A DNA stretch of 64,000 bases from Octopus sinensis (lineage: Eukaryota): positions 99,324,001-99,388,000 of the forward strand of contig NC_043005.1 of NCBI RefSeq assembly GCF_006345805.1, given 5' to 3'. Below the pieces are notes generated by a model that searched no databases, was not told the DNA's origin, and saw only the letters and a list, made by a program, of their open reading frames with translations. Below, one piece after another: positions 1-12,510 of the stretch (positions are counted from its first letter, which is position 1; each line of letters starts with the position of its first letter). A program made the position numbers and the translations under genes.

Positions 1-450
1 ATTTAATAAACAACATAGATTATACACAGTGGAAGAGACAGAGTAGGAAATTGAGACAAATGAAAATATCTAAAATCTTCTAATTTCCTAATGTTTTCCC
101 AATTAAATTAGCTAAAATTTGCCAGTATTAAATGAGATCAGTCTGATATGAAAGTTTTATTTTAACAAGTGTGAGTTTGAATTATTGTAATGCAATAAAA
201 TATTAGGAATATCTTACTCTCAGAAAGGTAGATATAAATAAATAGATAGATATAAATAGAAAGATACAGAGAGGCTGATATATAATTACAGAGAAGCAGA
301 TTTTTATGTAGGGAAGCAAATGCAGTGAGAAAGACATATAGATGTTAATATCATAAGAATTTATAAACTTAAAAAAGGGAACATGAAATAATTCTTTTTG
401 TTTTTCAACCTCATATTTACACACTATTATTTATAACGTATCTGTTACAA

Positions 451-725
451 GATCCTGGCTCTCCGTTGGTTCAATCAACAGAATTGCCATCTTGTGAAAT
501 TAATGCGCAAGTGGTTGAGCGTTCCAGAGAGAACTGTACCCTTAATGTAGTTCTCAGGGAGTTTTAGCAACAAGGTTGGCCCTTTGAAATACTTGTACAA
601 TTCATTGTTACCAGCTAAATGAACTGGAGCTATGTGAAATAAAGTGTCTTGCTCAATGCGCCAAGAATCAAACTTATGACCTTACGATTGTGAGTGAGCT
701 GGATACTCTAAGCCATGCACCTTCA
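451..725 (-). mobile_element. Diverged tRNA-derived SINE (family E)
   Basis: Minus strand reads tgaaggtgcatggcttag...agtttgattc (A/B-box-like), then ttgagcaagacactttatttcacatagctccag, similar to the body of the 41075-41333 SINE. Ends approximate. Confidence 0.55.
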
Positions 726-754
726 ATGACAGGATCTAAGTATTTATTTCATGC

Positions 755-1137
755 TCTCTTTTACTCTTCTACTTGTTTCAGTCAATTGACTGTGGCCATG
801 CTGGAGCACCACCTTTAGTCGAGCAAATTGACCCCAGGACTTATTCTTTGTAAACCTAGTACTTATTCTATTGGTCACTTTTTCTGAACCGCTAAGTTAT
901 GGGGACATATACACACCAGCGATGTTGGTGGGGGGGGGGAAACGCAAACACACAAACATATACATATACATATGTATATACGACAGGCTTCTTTCAGTTT
1001 CCATCTACCAAATCCACTCACAAGGCTTTGGTTGGCCCGAGGCTATAGTAGAAGACACTTGCCCCAGATGCCATGCAGTGGGACTGAACCCGGAACCATG
1101 AGGTTCGTAAGCAAGCCACTTACCACACAGCCACTCT
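755..1137 (-). mobile_element. tRNA-derived SINE, family A
   Basis: Reverse complement of the copies at 39896, 45011 and 57896: A-box-like TGGCTGTGTGG, B-box-like GGTTCAGTCCC, central TA/CA tract, tail ending (gagtaaaa)n. Confidence 0.85.
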
Positions 1138-1974
1138 GAATTTCATAAATTCATATGATGTCAGCAATATATAATTGTTTCTAAATTGGGGAGATTTAAA
1201 GGATTTCCTTGGTCCAATATAGAAGGTAACAAAGAGAAAAAGGAAAAAGGGGAGGGACATCCTTCAAGATAAAAAACAACAACAACCCAAAATAAAGAAT
1301 CAAGAACAGTCTCTTGAACACCTCACATCATTATGTCAGAGACAGCATCAATTTATGTTGCTACCCATGGAACTTTGACTTAGAATCGGATGGAATATTT
1401 CTAGACCAAAATATTTCAATTCCTTGGTCACCTCACCGCACTATTTTGGGGCAAAATAGAAACAGTTTAAAGTTAAATGAAAAATTAGAAAGAAAATTGG
1501 CAGAAGTTGTGTGGGGTGTAAAATAAAGGAAGAATGAGAAGGGTGAGGGAGTTATCAAATAGGAGATTGTATACACATATGTTTGTATGTGCTTGTGTAT
1601 ATGTATTTGTGTGTATCTGTATGTGTGTATGTACGTGCAAGTGTGTATGTACGAATATGTATGTATGTATATGACTGTATAATATACATAAATGTTGATT
1701 TATTGGAGAATGGGATAACAGATTAAAAGTTGTACAAGTTCGTTTAGTTTCAATTTGATTTGTAAAAAGTTTTAAAATTTGAATTTAAAAAGAAGAAAAT
1801 AAATGAAGCAGAAAAGTAAAAGATTAAGACAAAAAAAACAAAACAAAAATATTGTTGCTGTAAAATATAATTAATAACAAACGTGAATATTTTTAAATTA
1901 CAAGACAGAGCAAAACAAGACAAATTATCTTTGAAAAGACAAATAAGAAACAATAACGACTATGCAGACTAATA

Positions 1975-2445
1975 TCTCTACCAACACCATTATTACCACC
2001 ACTGCAACCACCACCACTGCAACCACCACCACCACCACTGCAACCACCACCACCACCACCACCTGCACCACTACCACCAACACTAAAATTACTAACCCTA
2101 TCACTAACACCGCCGAAACCATCATCATCACTACCACCATCACTACCAGCACCAATCTTCACTACTCTCCATCACAACCAGCGTGACCATCATCACTACC
2201 ATCACTATCTCCACCCTCACCACCTTAATCACCACCACCACAACCACCATCGCCGCCACCACCACTGCCATTACCACCTCTGTTACCCTTGTTACCACAC
2301 TACTGCTGTGACCACCACCACTACCACCACCATACCACAACCAATCTACCACTACCGTCACCCTATAACCATCATCACCGTATCCCCTTGGTCTTCCCCT
2401 ATCATCCACCACCACCACCACCACCACCACCACCACCACCACCAG
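1975..2445. repeat. (ACC/ATC)n low-complexity trinucleotide tract
   Basis: Degenerate accacc/atcacc runs; source of the poly-Thr, poly-Val and poly-Pro ORFs. Confidence 0.9.
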
Positions 2446-2559
2446 CAATGTTCTTAACAGTTGACTTCTTATGTAATTTCATTAGAATATGCTTTACTGT
2501 TTGTTTCTATAACTTTTTAGAAATTAAAGTCTCTTCATGGACTTTTGATTTAAAGGCAT

Positions 2560-2915
2560 TATATGTGTGTACATGTATAGATGTGTGTATGTATACACAC
2601 ATATATATACACACATACATCCATGTATATGTATGTGTGCTTAGGAATACATATATATATATACATATACATATATATATATATGGGAATACATATGTAT
2701 ATATATATATATGGGAATACATATATATATAGGAATACATATATATATATATATGCGTGCTTTTGTACATAAACTGACTCACGCAATACACATATATATA
2801 CATATACATATATATATATTCCAAAAGTTACACAAATATACACATGTATGTATATGTAGATATATAATTTGTTTTGTTATCTACTTATACATACATACAC
2901 ACACGCACGCACATA
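2560..2915. repeat. Compound (TA)n/(CA)n microsatellite
   Basis: Directly visible. Confidence 0.9.
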
Positions 2916-3744
2916 CAAATCTTCCAAATTTCATTCTCACAAGGAAAGTTGAAGATTGATTCTAAAGTCAACGTAATGTAATTGCTAGTAGCAGAATAGC
3001 GGAGAAGATTACCAAATTTACTGTTTCTTTTCTTTCCTTTTCACTATTTTTATAGGAAAAAAAACTTTTTTGTCAGAAATCTTAGGTTTGGAATATAAGT
3101 AATTTATGTATGAATCATATATTTCTTTTGCTTTCCTTTTTTTATTTTTATGTTTGTTGATTTATTGCATTTGTATTTCATGACCCTTTTCCATAACCAC
3201 CACACATCATTCCAATCTAATTTGGTTAACACACTGACTTTCACATGTTCCAGCTTTGTTCTTTTATTACTAAATTGTCTTCTTCAATGTGGAAAAAAAA
3301 AAAAAATAGAGGTTTGTTTTTGTTCTTTATGTTGCTTATGTATCTAACTTTTGCTGTGAAAAGGCTTCCCTGTGTTTGTAGGATTTCAGTTGGAGCCAGT
3401 TGGGTAGATATTGTAGTGTTGTACTGGTTGGCTCTTCTTAAGAAAACAAAATCTGTTTGATATGGAGGTACATGTCCAAAGAAAGCAGTTAGTTGGTTGT
3501 TGTTTTCATAGGTCTTTGTATCTAAAACTTGGCAAAATATGGAGCCTCTTATATTTCCAACATGGCAGATTCTATAGGGCAGATTCTATCCTTGTTATAT
3601 TAATGTTGCACTGCAGAACCTATTTACAGCTTAATACACTTGAGCTGAGTCATTTCCCAGTTTAGAATATTGGTTATGGACTGAATTGACAAGACAGGAC
3701 CCTACAAATATCGATTCAGTTGTTGCACTCTTTGTGGGTTTTAA

Positions 3745-3967
3745 CCCTTTCATTAACAACCAGGCTGAAATACAAATTTCTGGCTCTGAATACAAATTTC
3801 TTGTTTTCATAAGTTTTGAATTAAAACCTTCCACCAAACCTTAGTCACAATTTATGCTCCTAACACTAGCTTAATGATAACTAAGTAATTTTACTAAATT
3901 CTTTGTTATATTTAAAGTAATTGAAAGAAACACAGAGCATCTCAAAATAAGTACAGTAATGAAAAGG
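3745..3967. mobile_element. piggyBac-type MITE (223 bp)
   Basis: TTAA at 3741-3744 and 3968-3971 flank the termini cccttttcatta ... taatgaaaagg. These resemble the TIR (ccctttcgttac) of the 29816-30925 piggyBac. Confidence 0.7.
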
Positions 3968-4191
3968 TTAAATGTATATATATATATATATATATAATTT
4001 TTAATTATTTGAATTTTTGTCTACAAGGTGGGAATTAGTTTCTGACCAAGAAACAAAACTCCATTACCAAAATTAGTATAACAATGTGTCATGTTGAATT
4101 AAAAAACAATTTGCATGTTTTTTACTGTTCTAGTTACAAATGTGTGTTAACCAGTCTCTTCCTCTGCCTGAAAATTCTAGATTCTCCAGAC

Positions 4192-4573
4192 TGTCATTGA
4201 AACATTTACTAACATAACCAAATGAACCAATAATCATTGGTATAAATAGATGTCTTGCAAACAACTTGCACATGCAAGTGCTACCAGTCAAAAACTCCGC
4301 ATACCGGAAGCCAGCAAGCGTATGGGGTCATCAGGAGAGAATGCACGCCATTTCGGGGCCTACCTCTCGACGGCATCAATGTGCACCAGCCCCCCATCAC
4401 TGATATGAGGCCCCGCTTGCTAGATCCGCTGGTTATCAAATAAAGCTCAATATTCTTCTAGCCATCACTTATCGTCTATTTTTAACCAAATCCAGTGGCT
4501 AGCCTTCTCCACTGTAGTTTGGATATCGGTCATAGTGGTATTCGTCAGTTATTCATGAAGATATACCATCACA
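4192..4573 (+). mobile_element. Possible solo LTR
   Basis: GC-richer island with TG...CA ends (tgtcat / atcaca), imperfect 5-bp flanking repeat CAGAC / CTGAC, TATAAATA at 4241-4248 and AATAAA at 4439-4444. Confidence 0.4.
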
Positions 4574-4855
4574 CTGACTGTGTCCTCATCTGCTGGGCAA
4601 CTGATTCCTATTAATTTTATGAACATACTGTACATGATATTTTAAAATTCAAAAGAACAAAATATTTGTTATATTTGTACAGGGTAGAAATTTTGATGGA
4701 ATGTCTCACCAATTATGCTTGCTATGATATACAAAAGTATTACCATACCAAAGTGTCATGTTACATAGAACTGTTGTTGTGGAGGTTTAACATCACTTTG
4801 CATTTATGCAAGACATAGTTCTTGTATCAGAGAGGATGCAATATGTCACTATCTT

Positions 4856-5254
4856 AAGGTAGCAAGCTGGCAGAAACGTTAGCACACCAGGCAAAATGCT
4901 TAGCGGTATTTTGTTTGCCGCTACGTTCTGAGTTCAAATTCCGCCGAGGTTGACTTTGTCTTTCGTCCTTTCGGGATCGATTGAATAAGTACCAGTTGCG
5001 CACTGGGGTCGATGTAATCGACTTAATCCATTTGTCAGTCCTTGTTTGTCCCCTCTGTGTTTAGCCCCTTGTGGGCTTTAAAGAAATAGGTATTTCATCT
5101 CTTTTTGTGTTCTGAGTTCAAAGTCTGCTGAGGTCGACTTTGCCTTTCATCCTTTCAGGGTTGATAAATAAAGTACCAGTAGCGTACTGGGGTCGATCTA
5201 ATCGACTGGTCCCCTCCCCCAAAATTTCGGGCCTTGTGCCTAGAACAGAAAAAA
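4856..5254 (+). mobile_element. tRNA-derived SINE family B, dimeric copy
   Basis: Head tggcagaaacgttagc, B-box-like gagttcaaattcc, body gactttgcctttcatcctttcggggtcga; the body is repeated from about 5089. 15-bp TSD atatgtcactatctt (4841-4855) / atatatcactatctt (5255-5269). The body resembles the MetaSINE central domain as I recall it (unverified). Confidence 0.85.
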
Positions 5255-7639
5255 ATATATCACTATCTTGTTAAAGAGTATAGCAATATGTCATCATAGC
5301 ATAGTGGGGCTACATGCTTCAGTGTGACATTGGATATAGGAGAGGTTTCCTGCTAAAGTATCATGATTTACAGGAGGGCCATCACAGGGTGTTGACATAT
5401 GGTGATAATATTGTTATAGTGTTGGCATGTAGATAAACATTATTTGATATAGACAGAGAGAGAGAGAGAGAAAGAGAGGGAGAGAGAAAGAAAGAGAATT
5501 TCTTCATACAAGTGTAAGTTAACAGAAGGAAGAGAGATTCTAACCCCATATAACATGTTTTAGGGTGAGATAACATCAGTTGGATGGAATCCTTGACAAA
5601 GAACAAGGGATAGAATTTGTTCAACCTGTCGACATTATTCACTTGATTTATCAAATGTTTTGCTATGACTTAGTGAAGGTGCTGCTGCAGCTTGGTTTTG
5701 GTTATGATAGTAAGGACAAAAAAAAAGAAAAGAATTTACAACAGAAAGGATAGTAGCCATGACACTTTTCTAGAGAGTTTCCAAAATAGCAGGAATTTAT
5801 CTTCAGACCATAAACCTACCTTTGCTACCCAAGTACTAAATGCTAGATTTCAAATGAGTAATGGATTGATCAGTGTGTGTGTGTAACTACACAAGTGTAT
5901 GTGTGGAGTCATGATAGCAACTGTGTGTATTTCATTGATTGCATGTGAATGTGTGTGCATGTATGTGGACAACTGTATGACTGTGTGTATTTGACAGGGT
6001 GTAATGACTATGTGCATGTGTCCCCTATGTTTCTGTGGAATGGTATCAGCGATGAATACCAATCACCAATTGTTACGTGGAAATATAAATATCACAGGGA
6101 AAATATCCCAGAAGTCTAATTTGAAATTAAATATTTCTTTTGATGCCACTGCTCTTGATAATGATAAAATTAAAGGTAGAATCGATGGAAGAATTCTCAA
6201 AGAAATTCCAGTCATACCCTCTTTTTGCAAACTTATTCTGAGAATTTTGAATTTCTTCCTCATAATTCTAACAATTTGATTAAAAAAAAATTCTAAAAAT
6301 ACTTTAACAAGGACATAATTAACAATATGGACTGATATACAAATAGAATTTCTGATAGCAAAACTCATTTAAAAGTTCATTTTCCTTTCAATTACTTCAG
6401 CTTCAGAAATGCTTTTTTTTGTATTGTTTTGCAAGTGTTGTTTGTTTTTCAGGAGAAAATATTTTTTTATTTACATATATATATTTGTAATAGTTTTTTT
6501 TTGTAGATTTATGCTTTATATTGTTTTTTTATATTGCTTTTACAATTGTTTATATTTTTTGTTTTAGTTATTTTTTTCCAGAAGATTCCTTAAAACTACC
6601 AATATTTCAGTTCCATTGTTCTGGGATTTTTAACAGAAATATTCACCTTTATAATTTTATCACTGGAGACAATCAAATATGTGTGTATATATGTCAGTTT
6701 TTGTGTTTATGTGTGCATGTAAACGCACACATATGCACATATATACATGCATAAAAACATCAAAGATATATTAACACTAGTGTTGACACATTTTACAAAT
6801 ACACATATATATTTACATATATATTTACACAACCATAAATACACACACACACACACACAGACACACACACATATATATATACATATACACATATTTAAGA
6901 CATTCTACACAAATACTCTCAGATATTTCTCACCATAGAAATGACAATCTTAATTTTACTTTCTATTTGATATTGAAAAGTTTTCAATTTTTTATTGCAT
7001 AAGATTCAATACGTTATCTATATATCTATCTATCTATCTATCTATGTAATACAATGTGTGTATGTGTGTGTGTGTGTTTTAGCATCACAGTTTACCAAGA
7101 ATGTATATCAGCAGTCGTCTGAATGAAGGGTGTATAGCTTCTATATTGGCACTGTGCTGCATACTTAACTCACACAGCACTGATCCATGCAAGTAGCACC
7201 ATGATGTACTACCTTTAATTTTCACCTGGATTAAATCCATTATGTTCTGTCCACCCATCCATCAATTTATCTATCCATCTTCACTGCCCATTATTTGCCT
7301 TTCATCCTTTCAGGGTCGATAAATTAAGTACCTCCTCTCCCAAAATTTCAGGCCTTGTGCCTAGAGCAGAAAAGTAGAAAAGAATATCTTTGTGGCAGAC
7401 TTCCCAAGTTTAATGCAAAATTTCACAATGGCTTTGTGTTCCAGTTTCCTGTCCATAACAAAAATCACAGAAAACATAAATTTTACAACTTGCAAAGTGA
7501 ACACAGTGATGTCACTCAGCATCCTGTCTCACGAAGATGCTACGAAATCTCACTGTGTGTGCAATCATGTGCTGCCATCTGTTGGAGCACTATAGAATTA
7601 ATCCAGGAACGTTTTGATGCCACCTCCTACTTTACCTAT

Positions 7640-8070
7640 TCCTCACTGTATAACCTCCTACCCTACCTCCTTCTCTTCTGTATAATGAGCTACTCTGTGT
7701 CCTATTCCCAGTATAGTCTTGTCCCTTAACTCCTCAGCTTATATAGTCTTCTACCCTACTTCTATACCCCTCTCTATATAGTTTGGTACTGTATCCCCCC
7801 CCTGTATAGCCTGGTATACTGTCACCTTTCTCCTGTTTACTCTACTACCCCATCTTCCCCTCTCTTTATACAGACTGGTATTCTATCTCATTCCCTTCTG
7901 TATAGTAGGGTAATGTAACCCCCCCCCTCTATCATCTATCACTTTACTTCTTCTTCTTTCTGTATAGTCTTTCACTCTACATTTTTCTCTTCTGTTACTA
8001 TAGATCTGTTTTGATCTCCTCCACCTCTCTCATGGTCTGGCACTCTACCTTCTCTTGCTCTATTTACACC
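7640..8070. repeat. Cryptic pyrimidine-rich degenerate tandem repeat
   Basis: Recurrent motif close to ctgtatagtctggtactctac at irregular 30-60 bp spacing, with strong C/T skew. Confidence 0.45.
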
Positions 8071-8662
8071 TCTCTTCCCTCAGCATAATTTAATGTTTTT
8101 ATAACTTAGGCATTCAGTTTCAACTATAGTTTTAAAAGAGAAGGTGGGATAAACAATATTTTCTCCCCCGAGGTCAATAAATAGGTCAAATGACACAAAA
8201 GTTGATAACTTTCAATTTAAAACATTCTAGAAATTGAATTTATTACAGTAACATGAAATAATTGACATAAATTAATTAGTTCACTTCATTGATGAACATT
8301 GTTATTACTGAGAAAATGAGGTGAAATTATAATTAAAGTAGAAAATGTGAAATCATTACAATTAGAACATCTAAATGAGTCCTCAACTATTGGGATTTAT
8401 GTTGATAGAGGTCAAAAAATAGTGAGGTCTATGTTAACAACAAAATCTACACGACCCAGCTAAGATTCCTAGCTTCTTCATGAGAAACATTCCTTGACCA
8501 ATCTGTAAAATCTGAGGAAGAGGTACCCCCTTATCTTTTAGTAGTCTCTATAGTTTACCTTGGATAAATTGAAAAGAAAATTATGTATTTCGTTTTTGGA
8601 TTAGGTTTGCAAGATTCTTAATATGAGTTTGTGTGTTGAAGCATATTCTGTTGTGTCTGCAG

Positions 8663-8815
8663 AGAGTAATTTTCTTTTTGTCCCTTATAATATAACAAAA
8701 CTATTGAAAAGGTTGTAAGATGCAACGAAAATTTTAGGAAAATATAAATAAGAAAAAAGTGGAAATTTTACAGGTGAGTGTATTATATTATAAGACACAA
8801 AGAGAAAACGACTCT
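8663..8815. repeat. 33-bp inverted repeat pair
   Basis: 8663-8695 versus the reverse complement of 8783-8815: 28/33 identical. Confidence 0.7.
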
Positions 8816-9029
8816 TCCCAGACACAACAAAATTATGTAATTTACTTAAATATGAAAATCATGCATCTTTAGATTTAAAATTGAAAGAAAAATAATTCCA
8901 TTTTGATACAAAAATCAAGCATGTTGGCTGTTGTTCTTTGGAGATATATAAAGTAATGTCTGTCAGTCTCTTTGGCAACTTATTTACCATTCATATATCA
9001 TTACTATAGAGGCATGATAGAAAGGATTA

Positions 9030-9601
9030 AGGTGGTGATCTGGCAGAAATGTTAGCACACCGGGCGAAATACTTAGCGGTACTTCGTCTGCCGCTACATT
9101 CTGAGTTCAAATTCCGCTGAGGTTGACTTTGCCAGTTACGCACTGAGGATCGATATAATCGACTTAATCTGTCTGTCTGTCCATGTTTGTCCTCTCTGTG
9201 TTTAGCCCCTTGCGGGTAGTAAAGATATAGGTATTTCGTCTGCCGCTACATTCTGAGTTCAAATTCCATTGAGGTCGACTTTGCCTTTCATCCTTTCGGG
9301 GTCATTTAAATAAGTACCAGTTATGCACTGAGGATCGATATAATCAACTTAATCCGTGTGTCTGTCCTTGTTTGTCCTCTCTGTGTTTAGCCCCTTGCGG
9401 GTAGTAAAGATATAGGTATTTCGTCTGCCGCTACGTTCTGAGTTCAAATTCCATCGAGGTTGATTTTGCCTTTCATCCTTTCGGGGTCATTTAAATAAGT
9501 ACCAGTTATGCACTGGGGTTGATATAATCGACTTAATCCGTGTGTCTGTCCTTGTTTGTCCTCTCTGTGTTTAGCCCCTTGTGGGTAGTAAAGAAATAGG
9601 T
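9030..9601 (+). mobile_element. SINE family B, trimeric copy
   Basis: One head followed by three body units starting ggta(c/t)ttcgtctgcc at about 9078, 9230 and 9415 (full unit 185 bp). Exact 16-bp TSD atgatagaaaggatta at 9014-9029 and 9602-9617. Confidence 0.9.
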
Positions 9602-9888
9602 ATGATAGAAAGGATTAGCCTACTTATAGATTAGGAGTTCCAATCAATTGTAAACATTTTGATGAGTTTCTATGCAGAACTTATTAATCTACATTGCCAC
9701 TCTGTTGGAAGTAAATTTCAGAACAATGTAGGGAATATTACTGGTGACAGGCTGACATCATATCCTGGAACACATCTCATCTGTTTTACATGAGGAAAAT
9801 AAACCATTGAGCTAAAGGATAGGTCTCTATTGTTGTTGCAAATGTCATTGTTATCAATAATATCTGATAGAATTTTAATTTAACACTG

Positions 9889-10282
9889 ACTAGCAGTATT
9901 GCCCTGCGTTGCTCGGGTTTGTTTCCACCCTTTAGAATTGGAATTTTTGAAAAGTAAAAATGTTGCATTATGTAGCTTGTTATTCTCTTTAAGTGAACAT
10001 TTTTCTGGTTGAAATACACCAAAAAATGGCAACACAGCAGTCAAAAAATCATAAAAAATAGGGATTTTCATAGAAAAAAAGCACCTTTTTGATGTAAATA
10101 ATTTTTGGTGTTAACATGGTCTGATTTAAATTTTATCTTCTACAGAAGGAAGAGCAAGCCTTCTTCTATCATACTCTCAATTTTGGTCAACTTGCGCTGC
10201 AGGGTCTCGGAGGAGATAGTGTTAGTTGAAGGCTACCAAACTTGCCATACCCAGACAACTTCAGCTTTATATAGAGAGAGAT
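9889..10282 (+). mobile_element. Non-autonomous Helitron/Helentron-like element (DINE-1/Lep1-like architecture)
   Basis: Starts actagcagtattgccctgcgttgctcgggttt and ends cagacaacttcagctttatatagagagagat. The termini match that class as I recall it; no TSD, no coding capacity. Confidence 0.5.
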
Positions 10283-10359
10283 TTAAATGTTCTACACTAT
10301 TTAGAAATATTGATTTCAAATTTTGTCACATGGCTAGAAATTTTGAGAGAGGGGTTAAG

Positions 10360-10515
10360 ATGATTATATTGGCCCCAGTGCTCAACTGGTACTTATTTTA
10401 TCGACCCCAAAAGGATGAAAGGCAAAGTCAGTGTTGGTGAAATTTGAACTCAGAATGTAAGGATGGACAAAATTTTTCCCAGTGTGCTACTGATTCTGCC
10501 AGCTCACCCACCTTA
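10360..10515 (-). mobile_element. SINE family B, diverged copy
   Basis: ggtacttattttatcgaccccaaaaggatgaaaggcaaagtc...aatttgaactcagaatg is the reverse complement of the family B body and head. Confidence 0.75.
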
Positions 10516-10686
10516 CTATTTAGAAAACATTACGGTTTCCAGAACTTAGGCTGATGCTTTGATGTTTGTTTTAGTTGAATGACCACTAATATATATAAAA
10601 CTAACAACCGCCACTACATTAGGCTAACAGTGACCTCCCACTACATTTTGTTCACTTCGAAAGTGCTGCTATAAGTTTTCCAGATT

Positions 10687-11180
10687 CTTTTTCCTTTTAT
10701 TTGTTTCAGTTGTTTGACTGCACCCATGCTGGAGCACCGATTTTAGTTGAGTGAATCGACCCCAGGGTTTATTCTTTATAAGCCTAGTACTTATTCAATC
10801 AGCCTTTTTTGCTGAACCTCTAAGTTACAGGGACGTAAACACACCTCCATTGGTTTCAAGCGATGTTGGGGGGACAAACACAGATGCACAAACACACATA
10901 CATACACACATATATATAAATATATATATATATAAATATATATATATATAAATATATATATATATAAATATATATATATAAATATATATATATAAATATA
11001 TATATATATAAATATATATCTATATAAATATATATATATATATAAATAACTGTTTCCATCAGTTTCCATCTACCAAATCCACTCACAAAGCCTTGGTTGG
11101 TCCAAGGCTATAAGAGAAGACACTTGCCCAAGGTGCCATGCAGTGGGACTGAACCCGGAACCATGTGGTCGGTAAGCACA
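10687..11180 (-). mobile_element. SINE family A with expanded internal TA tract (about 10905-11045)
   Basis: Family A sequence on both sides of an approximately 140-bp AT-only expansion. Confidence 0.85.
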
Positions 11181-11635
11181 CCCACAAGATTCTTCAGTAG
11201 CAATAATAGATGTGCTCAGCAAGAAATGTCTGAGTATTTTTGTGATTTTATTTGGTTAGGGTTAGGGTTAGTGCTATCAACAAGTTTTATCCAATGAAAC
11301 AATGATTAGTGTGTAACTTTTTTTAGCTTGTTAAGTCTTATTAGAAAGTATTTCTATAAAATGAAATTCCATAAAATATGGCACAGTTTACTTTATAGCA
11401 GAGATAATTAACTGTGTGGCAGGGAAGGTGTTAAATTATTTAAATCCCACAAATATGTGTATAAAAAGAAGGAAACATCACGTATTTATACCTCATGCAT
11501 CTAGCTGCCTCAGGAAGAATTACTGTCTTGAAATGTCTCAGTAGCATAAACCCCACCAGGAATCCAAACTGGGAAGATTAAACATCAAAGTAATATTGCT
11601 TTCAGGTTTTAGCACATAGAAATATTGTGGGAGGG

Positions 11636-12510
11636 ATAGGTCAATTAGATCGACCCCAGTGCTCAAATGGTACTTATTTTATTGAACCCAAAAGATGAAA
11701 GACAAAGTCGACCTTGGTAGAATTTGAAGACCTGGGATAGGGTGGTGAAGCACGACCTTCGAACATTAGGCTCATCAAGGCAATGACTAGTGACTGAGAC
11801 CTTTGGAAATATGCAGTGCATGAGAAGACCCAGCAAGCCAAGTGAGACCATAACCCGTGGCCTATGCCAGGGGTGTAACCAGTCCACTTATGCATACCTT
11901 TCCTTCATTGGACACTAAACTGTGCTTGTGAAGACCTGCTGAGGCAAGTGAAATTGAAATCGAATTAAATTCGATAACTGGCACCCGTGCCAGTGGAGCA
12001 CTAAGAGTACCATCCAAGTGTGATTGTTGCCAGAGTAGCTGACTGGCGTCCATGCCAGTGACATGTAAAAAGCACCATTTGAGCATGACTGTCACCAGCG
12101 TCACCTTACTGGCACTTGTGCTGGTGGCACATGAAAAAACATTCGAGCAAGGTCGTTGCCAGTGCCACTGGACTGGCTCCTGTGCAGGTGGCACATAAAA
12201 AACACCATTTGAGCATGGCCGTTGCCAGTACCACCTGACTGGCCCTCGTGCCGGTGGCACATAAAGGCACCCACTACATTCTCGGAGTGGTTGGCATTAG
12301 GAAGGGCATCCAGCTGTAGAAACTCTGCCAGATCAGATTGGATCCTGGTGCAGCCATCTGGTTTGCCAGACCCCAGTCGAACCGTCCAACCCATGCTAGC
12401 ATGGAAAGCGGACATTAAACGATGATGATGATGATGAATGTAAAGATGGATGAAACGCCACTAAGTATTTTGCCTGACATCCTGACAATTGTGCCAGTTC
12501 ACCACTTTAA
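11636..12510 (-). mobile_element. SINE family B split by an RTE insertion (11636-11728 plus 12436-12510)
   Basis: The left part ends ...ggtagaatttgaa and the right part resumes gaatgtaaagatggatgaaa...gtgccagttcaccac. Joined, they are collinear with the 10360-10515 copy apart from a missing ctca. Confidence 0.75.
11729..12436 (+). mobile_element. 5'-truncated RTE LINE (last codons, 3' UTR, (GAT)n tail)
   Basis: Encodes TWDRVVKHDLRTLG, homologous to TWDEVVKHNLRTLG in the 14770 copy; ends ggaaagcggacattaaacgatgatgatgatgatg. Confidence 0.9.

Noticed and set aside
871-1101. Recurring peptide [17 protein letters not shown]...VEDTCPRCHAVGLN in many ORFs
   Set aside because: Antisense translation of non-coding SINE family A; copies have random stops and frameshifts.
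1893-2732. Poly-Thr, poly-Gly, poly-Val and poly-Pro/His ORFs
   Set aside because: Translations of an (ACC)n tract in several frames; no domain or splice support.
6004-6279. 91-aa ORF in non-repetitive-looking DNA
   Set aside because: No recognisable domain or convincing splice sites; length within chance expectation.
8440-8490. Possible decayed hammerhead on the minus strand (atgaaga-agctag...ttagct)
   Set aside because: Both C3 and the GAAA box are absent; not supportable.
11254-11271. Telomere-like (TTAGGG) repeat
   Set aside because: Only about three units; too short to call an interstitial telomeric array.
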